The translations under genes were made by a program, and so were the position numbers. A stretch of 64,000 nt of DNA. It comes from an uncultured euryarchaeote. GTDB taxonomy: Archaea > Thermoplasmatota > Poseidoniia > Poseidoniales > Poseidoniaceae. Positions within the stretch are counted from its first letter, which is position 1; each line of letters begins with the position of its first letter. The notes under the pieces were generated by a model. The model saw nothing but the letters and a program-made list of their open reading frames with translations. It was not told the DNA's origin and searched no databases. Shown in pieces: positions 28,544 to 37,039 of this stretch. Where the stretch lies: positions 1 to 64,000 of the forward strand of contig CALBRH010000044.1 of assembly GCA_937899865.1 (NCBI GenBank). The letters run 5' to 3'.

Positions 28544-29692
28544 TTACATTACAGGTCTTTGAGTCTTTCCTGAACCTCTATGTCCGATTAATCTAACCGC
28601 TTGCCATGGAGGCGAATTTTCTGAGTTAAATTCTGTTTTGGCACTATCATTTTTCCAATTCCATTTGTCTTGCCACATTTTTGTGAGTTCTAATTTTCGT
28701 TGTTTATCACACTCAGACCACTTAGGAACTTCTTTTTCTAAATCGCTTAAAATTTCTTTATGACTCTCAAATGATGCATTGTTCAATTTTTCTAATTGAA
28801 TTTGATCCAATGGTTGTGTAGCAGGAAATCTCCATCTTGGTTTACCATCGTTATACCAAGTAAAATTCGGATCTAAATTATCAGTTAGCCCGGTTATTCC
28901 TGAACTTAGCAAACGGAATTCATAATTCTCTTTGGCAGGCCAAACATAAACTGGCATTCCAGTACGACATTTTTGAAAATAGTTCAAGCGTCTACCACTT
29001 AGCCCTACACTTTTACCAATTAGTAGACGATTATAGAATGGTTGAAAATATTCGATTGCACAAGGAACCATAGATGCGCCTCTTGTTTTATGTTTGTTAA
29101 TCAGTTTTCCAAATGGTGTGACAAGGTATTGTGGGTAAGCCATCATTCGTTTGAAGCGCCTTGAACCAATTCTTGGAACAACGGGAAGTAATTCAGCCCA
29201 ATTGTATTGACAATTTGATATTTTTACTGACTTATGCATTTTGTTATGAAATGCATAAAACACAACATTTGATTTAGGTATTTCAAACTCATCAATTAAC
29301 TTAGATGCTGAAGAAATCATTTCAGACAAAGTTTGAGTTAATTTAGCACCATCAAAATAGCCCCCGCCTTTGGGGGATTTGGGATGCGGTCGCTTTAGTT
29401 CCAAGCAAACCATTTTGCCTTCGTCATGCCAATTTTTCAGAATATCCTTATGTTCCAACATTTGACGAAATGAACAAAACCCAAAATCATGTAACTCATC
29501 TAGTTCCCATGATTCAACATACGGATTGCGATTGTCTAGTAATTGCTTGTTTACTGAAACTTTGGCATCATGATGAATAATCAATTCATTATCTGCAGTA
29601 AATCGCAAATCCAATTCTATTCCATCAGAATTAGATATGCCGTGGGCTAAACTTATCAAGGAATTTTCTGGTGGTTGCTGCCAGTCTGCCAC
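28544..29692 (-). CDS. Glycerophosphodiester phosphodiesterase (GDPD) family, circularly permuted
   Basis: PENS...DGIELDLRFTADNELIIHHD, LELKRP, VYVWP, GITGLTDN in canonical order; LIGHRG lies at the extreme C-terminus. Confidence 0.85.
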   Translation of the reverse strand: MADWQQPPENSLISLAHGISNSDGIELDLRFTADNELIIHHDAKVSVNKQLLDNRNPYVESWELDELHDFGFCSFRQMLEHKDILKNWHDEGKMVCLELKRPHPKSPKGGGYFDGAKLTQTLSEMISSASKLIDEFEIPKSNVVFYAFHNKMHKSVKISNCQYNWAELLPVVPRIGSRRFKRMMAYPQYLVTPFGKLINKHKTRGASMVPCAIEYFQPFYNRLLIGKSVGLSGRRLNYFQKCRTGMPVYVWPAKENYEFRLLSSGITGLTDNLDPNFTWYNDGKPRWRFPATQPLDQIQLEKLNNASFESHKEILSDLEKEVPKWSECDKQRKLELTKMWQDKWNWKNDSAKTEFNSENSPPWQAVRLIGHRGSGKTQRPVM

Positions 29693-29815
29693 AATTGTCG
29701 GTAGAGTAAATCATTGAAAACATGATGTGTCGCTTGATTGAAAATTCTTAGTAAAACGATTATTATTTGCTTATGTGGTGAAAAAGGATATATTAGCAAA
29801 GGTATCGAGCGGGTT

Positions 29816-31249
29816 ATGAGTCCATACACAATCATGATGATACTGGTTGTGTTATTTACTCCAGTTGTATGCTGGCTTTTTTCACTTTCACAAAAAGAAC
29901 ACAGGGTTCCATTGTCACAATGGGCTAAGGAATTTCACGAAAAGAGATATTATCTCCATGCAATGGGTTATTTGATTATTATTAAGTGGAAGCAAATTAC
30001 TGACTTACTTAATGAACCAATTAAATCAGAAGTTGGTCATTGGACTGATTTAATTTATGCTATTGAAGGAGAATTTACCAAACACATTCAAGACTTCTTT
30101 CTAAATGATACCTTGACTGCTGTACTTAATTTCCATTATTTGTTCATTTACTTGTTTCTAATATATGTTACAACAGTATATTTTGCCTATACTGGTGATA
30201 GAGATATGACTGATAAAGTAGCATTAAATTACTTACTAATTTATGCTTTAGCAGTTCCATACTATCTATTCTTTAATGTTGAAGTAACGTCTTCGTGGAT
30301 ACCTGGAATGGAGGCACTATTGTATCATGATGGCGCATATACAGTGTTCTATGCAACACATGATCCACTTGATAATGCTGTGCCTTCATTACATGTTGCA
30401 ATTCCATTTGGAATATTAATGTTGAATTACCTACATGTCAAAGAAAATGGTGGCAAGATGAAAGATTGGCGTCATTATCATTATTTCATGTTCGTTTTAA
30501 TTAATACAATATTATTCATGTTTTCAATTTTGTACCTTGGTATACACTGGTTTGTTGACATACCTTTAGGTTTGATAATTGGTGGTTTTGGAGCTTTATT
30601 TATTCACCATCTACAGCCTAGATTGCGAAATGATCATGGTTCATTTTTCAAAGGACTTGACAAATTTAAGATTAGAAAGCATGCCATTGTTGAGGGAATA
30701 ATTGCCCTTGTAATGTTCACGCTTATTCTTATGGCAGTAAATGTCCAAGTTGAAAATTCAGATGATAGAGTATCTTTTAGATTAGGTCCTGAGGATTCAA
30801 CCTATGAAATAATTCAAGAATTAAAGTATGGTGAGACAGTTGACTCAACCATAAAGAATTTGGATTCTAATTTAGTGCTTGAGATAGTTTACATTCCGGT
30901 TGAAGAAAGTGCTAAAACTATGGAAAACGGCTCAATTGATTGGTCTTATATGGTAAGTGTTGGAGACCATTATGTTATACAACCGGGCGAACAAATAGAG
31001 ATTACAACTGATAGTTATTTGATATACAATTTGATAGTTATGCATAATCCAAGTACTAATTCTGGTGATGTGCTTGAGGTAAGTATCGTTAATGATTATC
31101 ATGATGACAAAATGTTTAGAGCGATTATTTTATCAATTCCATCTTTATGGATGACTGCATTTGTATTGTATAGATTACAGCGATTGAGAGCAAATAAGCT
31201 CTCAATTCTTGATTCCTCACCATCACATTTGTGGTTCGAAGAAGAATAG
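29816..31249 (+). CDS. Aur1/Ipt1-like PAP2 (PAP2_3) membrane phosphotransferase with extra C-terminal soluble domain and TM
   Basis: NAVPSLHVA and SILYLGIHWFVDIPLG motifs, multiple TMs. Start placed at ATG 29816. Confidence 0.8.
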   Translation: MSPYTIMMILVVLFTPVVCWLFSLSQKEHRVPLSQWAKEFHEKRYYLHAMGYLIIIKWKQITDLLNEPIKSEVGHWTDLIYAIEGEFTKHIQDFFLNDTLTAVLNFHYLFIYLFLIYVTTVYFAYTGDRDMTDKVALNYLLIYALAVPYYLFFNVEVTSSWIPGMEALLYHDGAYTVFYATHDPLDNAVPSLHVAIPFGILMLNYLHVKENGGKMKDWRHYHYFMFVLINTILFMFSILYLGIHWFVDIPLGLIIGGFGALFIHHLQPRLRNDHGSFFKGLDKFKIRKHAIVEGIIALVMFTLILMAVNVQVENSDDRVSFRLGPEDSTYEIIQELKYGETVDSTIKNLDSNLVLEIVYIPVEESAKTMENGSIDWSYMVSVGDHYVIQPGEQIEITTDSYLIYNLIVMHNPSTNSGDVLEVSIVNDYHDDKMFRAIILSIPSLWMTAFVLYRLQRLRANKLSILDSSPSHLWFEEE

Positions 31250-31283
31250 TGTCAATTATCACTAACCTACTACTGGGGGTATC

Positions 31284-32084
31284 ATGTCTGAGGATAGGAG
31301 CCTGCAAGATTCTGTTCAGAATCTGATTGATTCTCCTGGCGGACAAATAATCAATGATAGCGCTCAATTTTTGAGAAATAAAGCCAAATTGTTGTCATTT
31401 TTATTCATTATTAGTGTAGTAGCAGCATTCTCAATGACTAAATCGTTAGTATCATGGTTGATAGATGATACTCGCTTGCCTGAAGATGTCAACATTATAG
31501 TGACTTCACCAATCGAATTCATTCTACTTCAGTTTCAAATTGCGGTTAGTTTTGGATTAGTCGTTATCACAGTATATTTGATACTTGAGCTAGTTCGCAA
31601 GGGTTCTAAAAACGCAGCAATTAGAGAGAGATTAGCAGAATTGGAATTAAAGCCACCAAGGTTTAGTTTGGTATTTGTCACTACTGTTATGGCAATAGTT
31701 ACTCTAGGTATTGCTGGTTTAGTTTATTCTTGGAATTTTTTAACACCAATGATATTGCAATATCTAACTGATGATGCACAAAATGCTGGTTTAACTACTG
31801 AATGGCGATTATCAGGATATGTTGGCTTTATTGTCAATCTTGCATTAGCATGTATTGTTGGTTTCCAAGCACCAGTAGTTACCATTCTAACGTTGCGTTT
31901 TGGCATTGCCACACGGCAACAGATTATGCAGTATCGCAAGCACATTTGGTTTACCGCATTTGTCTTAGGAGCATTCTTATCTCCTCCAGATCCATTATCG
32001 CTATTTTTAGTTGCAATGCCGGTGGTTATTCTGTTTGAGTTGGCAATAATAATTGACAGGTTAACCAATATTTCAAACGCATAG
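31284..32084 (+). CDS. tatC: Twin-arginine translocase TatC (divergent N-half)
   Basis: TSPIEF, FQAPVVTIL, YRKH...AFVLGAFLSPPDPLSLFLVAMPVVILFEL. Confidence 0.85.
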   Translation: MSEDRSLQDSVQNLIDSPGGQIINDSAQFLRNKAKLLSFLFIISVVAAFSMTKSLVSWLIDDTRLPEDVNIIVTSPIEFILLQFQIAVSFGLVVITVYLILELVRKGSKNAAIRERLAELELKPPRFSLVFVTTVMAIVTLGIAGLVYSWNFLTPMILQYLTDDAQNAGLTTEWRLSGYVGFIVNLALACIVGFQAPVVTILTLRFGIATRQQIMQYRKHIWFTAFVLGAFLSPPDPLSLFLVAMPVVILFELAIIIDRLTNISNA

Positions 32085-32939
32085 TTGATTGATTGGAGTT
32101 GCCATATTTCCGGGACTTTGTCCGTAAGTTTGGCCATGGAAATCGGAGCCACAACTAACTTTCAATTTTAGTTCCCTGCAAACATTCCATAATTCAAATC
32201 TATACTCGTCATTGTGGCTGCGATGAAATGCTTCAATCGAATCAATACCAATTTCTCGACAAAATTCACCTAACTCAAGTGGTGGTATGCCATAATACAA
32301 TGGATGAGCAAGCGATGTCACTCCATTGCATAGTTTTACCATTTTGACAGCCTCATCAATACTTGGTTTAGGTTGCGCAACATGAGCAGGCAGTCCATCT
32401 CCAATCCATTTCTCAAAAGCCTCAGTTTTTGTTTCAACATATCCTTGCTCAACCATTGCTTCTGCAAGATGAGGTCGTCCAATTGAACCTCCAGCCTTTT
32501 TTGCTACTTCTTTAAAATCGATAGGCATGTTAAGTTCGTTAAGTTTAGCAATCATTTTTTTCATTCGAGGAATTCTATTGTTCTGTAATGGTTTGAGCCA
32601 TTGTGCAAACAGTTTGGCTTTCTCACTTCCATGAAGTAGGTTGGGAAAGTAGGCTAACAAGTGCCATGATTTTGAGGCTCTTTCTCGACCATGACGGGCA
32701 AGCTCCTCCGCATTAGGTTCAATGCCTCTTTCACAGGTAATTTCAACACCTGGTATGAAAGTAATTCCTAACTGTTTTGCATGTAATTCAGCACTTGGCC
32801 AGCCAGCAATAGTGTCATGATCGGTTAACGACCAAAATTTAACATCATTATTCTTCATCAACTGTGCAACAAATTCAACACTGTGCTCACCATCACTATT
32901 TGTTGAGTGACTATGCAGGTCGTAATGCTGTGTCCACAC
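32073..32939 (-). CDS. PHP-domain phosphoesterase (YciV/TrpH-like)
   Basis: DLHSHSTNSDG, LTDHDT, GVEIT, GRPHLA, LAHP, GSDFHG. Confidence 0.93.
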   Translation of the reverse strand: MWTQHYDLHSHSTNSDGEHSVEFVAQLMKNNDVKFWSLTDHDTIAGWPSAELHAKQLGITFIPGVEITCERGIEPNAEELARHGRERASKSWHLLAYFPNLLHGSEKAKLFAQWLKPLQNNRIPRMKKMIAKLNELNMPIDFKEVAKKAGGSIGRPHLAEAMVEQGYVETKTEAFEKWIGDGLPAHVAQPKPSIDEAVKMVKLCNGVTSLAHPLYYGIPPLELGEFCREIGIDSIEAFHRSHNDEYRFELWNVCRELKLKVSCGSDFHGQTYGQSPGNMATPINQLCV

Positions 32940-32976
32940 AATTTATGCCAACTTGTTGACCCTAATGAACTTATGA

Positions 32977-33699
32977 TTAGAATAAATCATCAAGGTCAGG
33001 TAAATCAGGTGTTTCAATAAAATCCTGCTGTTTTTCAGGGGTGATTGCATTTTTATCATCAGGAGTTTCATCTTCAAACAAATCAGTCAAATCTGGCAGA
33101 GAGGGGCTAGTATCCAGTTCAGGTAATGCTGGCATTTCTGCAATGTTTGGTTTATCAGTGACTTGATTTGATGGCAAAGGAACATTACTTTTACTTCCCA
33201 AATCAGACTGATTATTTATTGGAGTTGATGATTGTAACACGTCATCAGATTCTTTGTGTGGAGGAGGCAATTGTTCGGCTATTTGTTGAGCAGCTTGGCC
33301 AAATTCACCTGTACTAAGGGCTCCAATTGCATTGCTTACCTCTAATTCATCAATTTCCTTATTGGCACCAATAATTGAATCAATGATGTTTTTTGTATGG
33401 CTACTTTGAGGTTGTACTACTGAAGAAACATCAGTTCCAGATTTTGTTGGTATGCTTTCAAGTGCTGCAAATTGCTCTTCCAAAGATAAATTATCTGTTA
33501 ACTCTACTACTGTTCTTTCCTTAGAAGCAAAATAAGCCATGATGAATAGAGCAACTGCAGTTGATAGTCCAAGATACTCCTCTAAAGAAAGACCAGCAGA
33601 ATCTAGTAAATCTAGTTTCAAGTTAACCGCTGAAGCAACTACTGCAAGCGAACCTAAGATTTTACCAGCACTTGCCAGCCTTGGCGCTCGTTGCTCCAT
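32977..33699 (-). CDS. Hypothetical membrane-anchored protein with Pro/acidic disordered tail
   Basis: Two N-terminal TMs; tail with repeated LP(D/E)L motifs. Start placed at MEQRAP (33699). Confidence 0.7.
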   Translation of the reverse strand: MEQRAPRLASAGKILGSLAVVASAVNLKLDLLDSAGLSLEEYLGLSTAVALFIMAYFASKERTVVELTDNLSLEEQFAALESIPTKSGTDVSSVVQPQSSHTKNIIDSIIGANKEIDELEVSNAIGALSTGEFGQAAQQIAEQLPPPHKESDDVLQSSTPINNQSDLGSKSNVPLPSNQVTDKPNIAEMPALPELDTSPSLPDLTDLFEDETPDDKNAITPEKQQDFIETPDLPDLDDLF

Positions 33700-33737
33700 A
33701 ATTTGACACTGAAGAGAATAAGATAAGAGGCTTACCA

Positions 33738-34610
33738 TCAAATGGTTTTTTCTGCAGCAGAGACAGTATTTTCCATCAGCATTGCTACTGTCATAGGACC
33801 AACTCCACCTGGTACAGGGGTTATCCAGGATGCTACTTCATTAGCTGATTTTTCTACATCCCCCACTAAGATATAACCTCGAGGTGAGTTGATATCATCA
33901 ACACGATTTATACCTACATCAACAACTACAGCGCCGTCTTTTATCCAAGATTTCTTAACCATATTTGGTCTACCTACTGCTGCAACTACAATATCTGCTT
34001 GGCGGCATTGTTGTTCCATATTTTCAGTTCTTGAATGAGCTACAGTAACTGTCGCATCAGCACCACGTGAAGCCAACAAAATCGCTTGAGGCATTCCAAC
34101 ATTACGTGATCTACCAATTACCAAAGCTGTTTTTCCTTTGGTTTGAATACCAGCCCAATCTAACATACGCATAACTCCATTAGGCGTACATGGGATTAAG
34201 CAATCCTCTCGAGATTGTACCAATCGACCAAGATTAACTGGATGAAATCCGTCAACATCCTTTGATGGGTCAATCAAATCTGTCAACGCTTCCTCATCCA
34301 TATGTATTGGGAGTGGAGATTGAATTAAAATTCCATGAATAGTGCTATCATTATTTAGTTCAGCAATTATAGTTCGTAATTCATCTTCACTTGTTAACCC
34401 CCCTAATTCAATGTGGGTACTTTTGATTCCAAGTCTTTGACATGCACGAACTTTTGCTCCAACATAAACATGACTTGCAGGGTCATCCCCAACGATAACA
34501 ACTGCTAAATGTGGCACAATTCCAGTATCTAAGCACTTTTCAATACGTCCTTTCAATGCTTCCTCTACTGCTGCAGCACATGCTTTACCATCGAGTACTG
34601 AAGCCACCAT
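33738..34610 (-). CDS. folD: Bifunctional methylene-THF dehydrogenase/cyclohydrolase
   Basis: LAVVIVGDDPASHVYV, KDVDGFHP, PCTP.G, GRSRNVG.P, ITPVPGGVGPMTVAML. Confidence 0.98.
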   Translation of the reverse strand: MVASVLDGKACAAAVEEALKGRIEKCLDTGIVPHLAVVIVGDDPASHVYVGAKVRACQRLGIKSTHIELGGLTSEDELRTIIAELNNDSTIHGILIQSPLPIHMDEEALTDLIDPSKDVDGFHPVNLGRLVQSREDCLIPCTPNGVMRMLDWAGIQTKGKTALVIGRSRNVGMPQAILLASRGADATVTVAHSRTENMEQQCRQADIVVAAVGRPNMVKKSWIKDGAVVVDVGINRVDDINSPRGYILVGDVEKSANEVASWITPVPGGVGPMTVAMLMENTVSAAEKTI

Positions 34611-34631
34611 AACCTGCCCACAAGACTTTGT

Positions 34632-35102
34632 CTATTGATTATTTTGTTGATTTATTTTTCCTCCACCAACTTCATTTTCATTTCCTGTAACAGTAGCAAA
34701 AAGCCGCTCATCATCACTAAAGGATTTGAATTCTAGAGAATTTCCAGAAGGGTCATCGATAAACAGTGTTGCTTGTTCACCAATTTTTCCAGGATATCTT
34801 ATGTGTGGTTTAATACGAAATTGAACATTTAATTGTTCTAAATGGTTCTTAAATTCGTGCCATTGCCTCCATTCCATTACCAAACCAAAATGAAATGGTG
34901 GGACTTGTTTACCATCAATTTTACCACCATCGGTATAATCAGGCATACTTGAGACAAGATGTGCTACAATTTGGTGACCATGAAAATTAAAATTAATTGA
35001 GGTTGGAGTCCTTCTACCTATCTTACAATCAAGAATATTAACATAAAATTGCTCAGTAATTTCGAGATCAATGACTGGAAACGCCAAATGAAATGGTCGC
35101 AT
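34632..35102 (-). CDS. VOC/glyoxalase-family protein
   Basis: MRPFHLAFPV, FHGHQIVAH, HFGLVM, GEQATLFIDDPSGNSLEFKSF. True start 35102; the track's N-terminal extension is tRNA sequence. Confidence 0.9.
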   Translation of the reverse strand: MRPFHLAFPVIDLEITEQFYVNILDCKIGRRTPTSINFNFHGHQIVAHLVSSMPDYTDGGKIDGKQVPPFHFGLVMEWRQWHEFKNHLEQLNVQFRIKPHIRYPGKIGEQATLFIDDPSGNSLEFKSFSDDERLFATVTGNENEVGGGKINQQNNQ

Positions 35103-35137
35103 GTGACTAATTAAAGCAATGCAGTTAACTGTTTTTG

Positions 35138-35213
35138 TGGAGCCAACGGAGGGACTCGAACCCCCGACCGTCGGATTACAAATCCGAAGCACTACCAGCT
35201 ATGCTACGTTGGC
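35138..35213 (-). tRNA. tRNA-Thr(UGU), 76 nt, CCA encoded, U73
   Basis: GCCAACG/CGTTGGC acceptor stem, anticodon stem TCGGA/TCCGA with loop TTTGTAA, TTCGAGT T-loop, 3' T-CCA. Confidence 0.97.
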
Positions 35214-35306
35214 GCAGACACAGCGAAACAGCAATCATTCATCAATCAAACGGATGATTTATCATAATCTATTGCAAAATATGATGGGCAAATCAAAGAA
35301 CATGAT

Positions 35307-36596
35307 ATGTTTGGAATGTCTATGGCCGAAGACATAGCGAACAGTTTTCTAAACGATTTCGCTAGAACAAAACAGGGTAATGATACGATATTTTCCTGTT
35401 GGGCTCGCTATCAAGAAGCGGTAGCACAAGGTAATGATGCAGTAAATGGTACAATTGGAGCATTGTTAGAAAATGATGGTAGTTTAGCAATAAATCAAAC
35501 AGTTGATGAATTCGTACGCAACTCGCCACCGATAGAAATTGCTGCTTATGCTCCATTGAAAGGCTTACCAGAATTTCTTGACTTTGCAGTTACTCTTACC
35601 TTAGGGGATGCTCGTGAGGAATTAGAAAGTATAGGTGTATGCCATACTGCAACAGCGTCCCCAGGAGGCTCTGGAGCATTATACTTGGCTGCAGCAAATT
35701 ATGCTGACAGAGGTAGTAAGGTACTGTTGAGAAATAGGCATTGGGGTCCATATGATGGATTTTTGGCAGGATGTGGCCTTGGAATTGCTACATATCCTCT
35801 ATTGAATGAATCATCCGGACTTGACCTTGAATCACTAAAATCAAGTCTTGATGAACTTGCAAAATCACAAGGCAAGGTTATGTCGTGGCTTAATGATCCT
35901 GCTCACAATCCTACAGGACTTTCACTTTCTAGTCAAGAGAGAATGTCTGTTTTGCATGCCTTTTCCAACGCAGCAATGGCTAATGAAGAGGTAGGTTTTA
36001 CTTTGTTAATCGATGCTGCTTACCATATGTACGCAAAGGAGCCACATGGTTGGGCAGAAACAATCACCGACGCTCTACACGATGGGTTAGAATGGCCAGC
36101 AAATCTATTGATTACATTTGCAATTTCTATTTCTAAATCTCATACTGTGTATGGCTTAAGAGCCGGAGCGTTGGTAACAATACATCCTGACCAATCAGTA
36201 GTTGATCGAATCACGACTGTAATGGGAGTTACTGGACGGCAAACCTGGTCTGCAAGTTCTAGATTGGCACAGTATTCAGTCGCTAAGATTCATTCTAACA
36301 GTGAATCTGGTGCTGCATGGTCAGATGAGAAAAACCGTTTAACACAACTTCTGAAGGAACGCAGAGAATTGTTTATTGAATCTTGTAAAAAATTTAACGT
36401 TCCGATTAATCCTACTCACGATGGATTTTTTGCATGGCTTGAACATGAGGATCCTCATTCGATTGTGGAATCTTGTGCTTCAGACCAAGTTTACCTAGTG
36501 CCGCTTAATGGCGGAGTTAGAATTGGCCTTTGTGCAATTCCCTTAGGTCAGATTGAAAGGGTAGCAAAATCACTGGGTAAAGCATTAGGCGAGTGA
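35307..36596 (+). CDS. Class I/II PLP aminotransferase (aspartate aminotransferase-like)
   Basis: NGTIG, SPGGSGAL, PAHNPTG, DAAY, SISKSHTVYGLRAG. Confidence 0.88.
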   Translation: MFGMSMAEDIANSFLNDFARTKQGNDTIFSCWARYQEAVAQGNDAVNGTIGALLENDGSLAINQTVDEFVRNSPPIEIAAYAPLKGLPEFLDFAVTLTLGDAREELESIGVCHTATASPGGSGALYLAAANYADRGSKVLLRNRHWGPYDGFLAGCGLGIATYPLLNESSGLDLESLKSSLDELAKSQGKVMSWLNDPAHNPTGLSLSSQERMSVLHAFSNAAMANEEVGFTLLIDAAYHMYAKEPHGWAETITDALHDGLEWPANLLITFAISISKSHTVYGLRAGALVTIHPDQSVVDRITTVMGVTGRQTWSASSRLAQYSVAKIHSNSESGAAWSDEKNRLTQLLKERRELFIESCKKFNVPINPTHDGFFAWLEHEDPHSIVESCASDQVYLVPLNGGVRIGLCAIPLGQIERVAKSLGKALGE

Positions 36597-36602
36597 TTTT
36601 GT

Positions 36603-36983
36603 ATGGCTCGTAATCCAAGAGAAAATTTGATTCTTGGTGGATTTATTTGTATTGCATTTGGAGCTTTTTTTACAGTTGCTGAAGTCTATACTCTTGCATC
36701 AACAGTTGGAGTACTTGGAATAGCGCTTTTTGTTATTGGAATGAGTCTTAAGAGCAATATTGGGCTTTCAAAAGAAGCGGTTAGAAACTGGCGTCCTGCA
36801 GAGGGCAAACTTCCCGATGCTGGTAGAGTAATGTATCGAGTGGATGTTACAATCGATGAACCGATTGAGTCAACAATTGTTTGCGGTCCATGTGGAGAAA
36901 TTACTGTACATAAGGGGCCTAAACCAGATAGTTTTACCTGTCCAGAATGCAATATTGAATTGTGGAATGCCGAAGAAGAATAG
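36603..36983 (+). CDS. Small membrane protein with C-terminal zinc ribbon
   Basis: Two TMs; CGPC...CPEC. Confidence 0.75.
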   Translation: MARNPRENLILGGFICIAFGAFFTVAEVYTLASTVGVLGIALFVIGMSLKSNIGLSKEAVRNWRPAEGKLPDAGRVMYRVDVTIDEPIESTIVCGPCGEITVHKGPKPDSFTCPECNIELWNAEEE

Positions 36984-37039
36984 AATCGCCATCTCTTGAT
37001 AATAATCAACATAGATTTCATAGGAGAATCATTCCTCGT

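Noticed and set aside
35103-35337. N-terminal extension of the VOC ORF (to 35192) and ORF 35119..35337
   Set aside because: Both run through tRNA-Thr and are translation artefacts.
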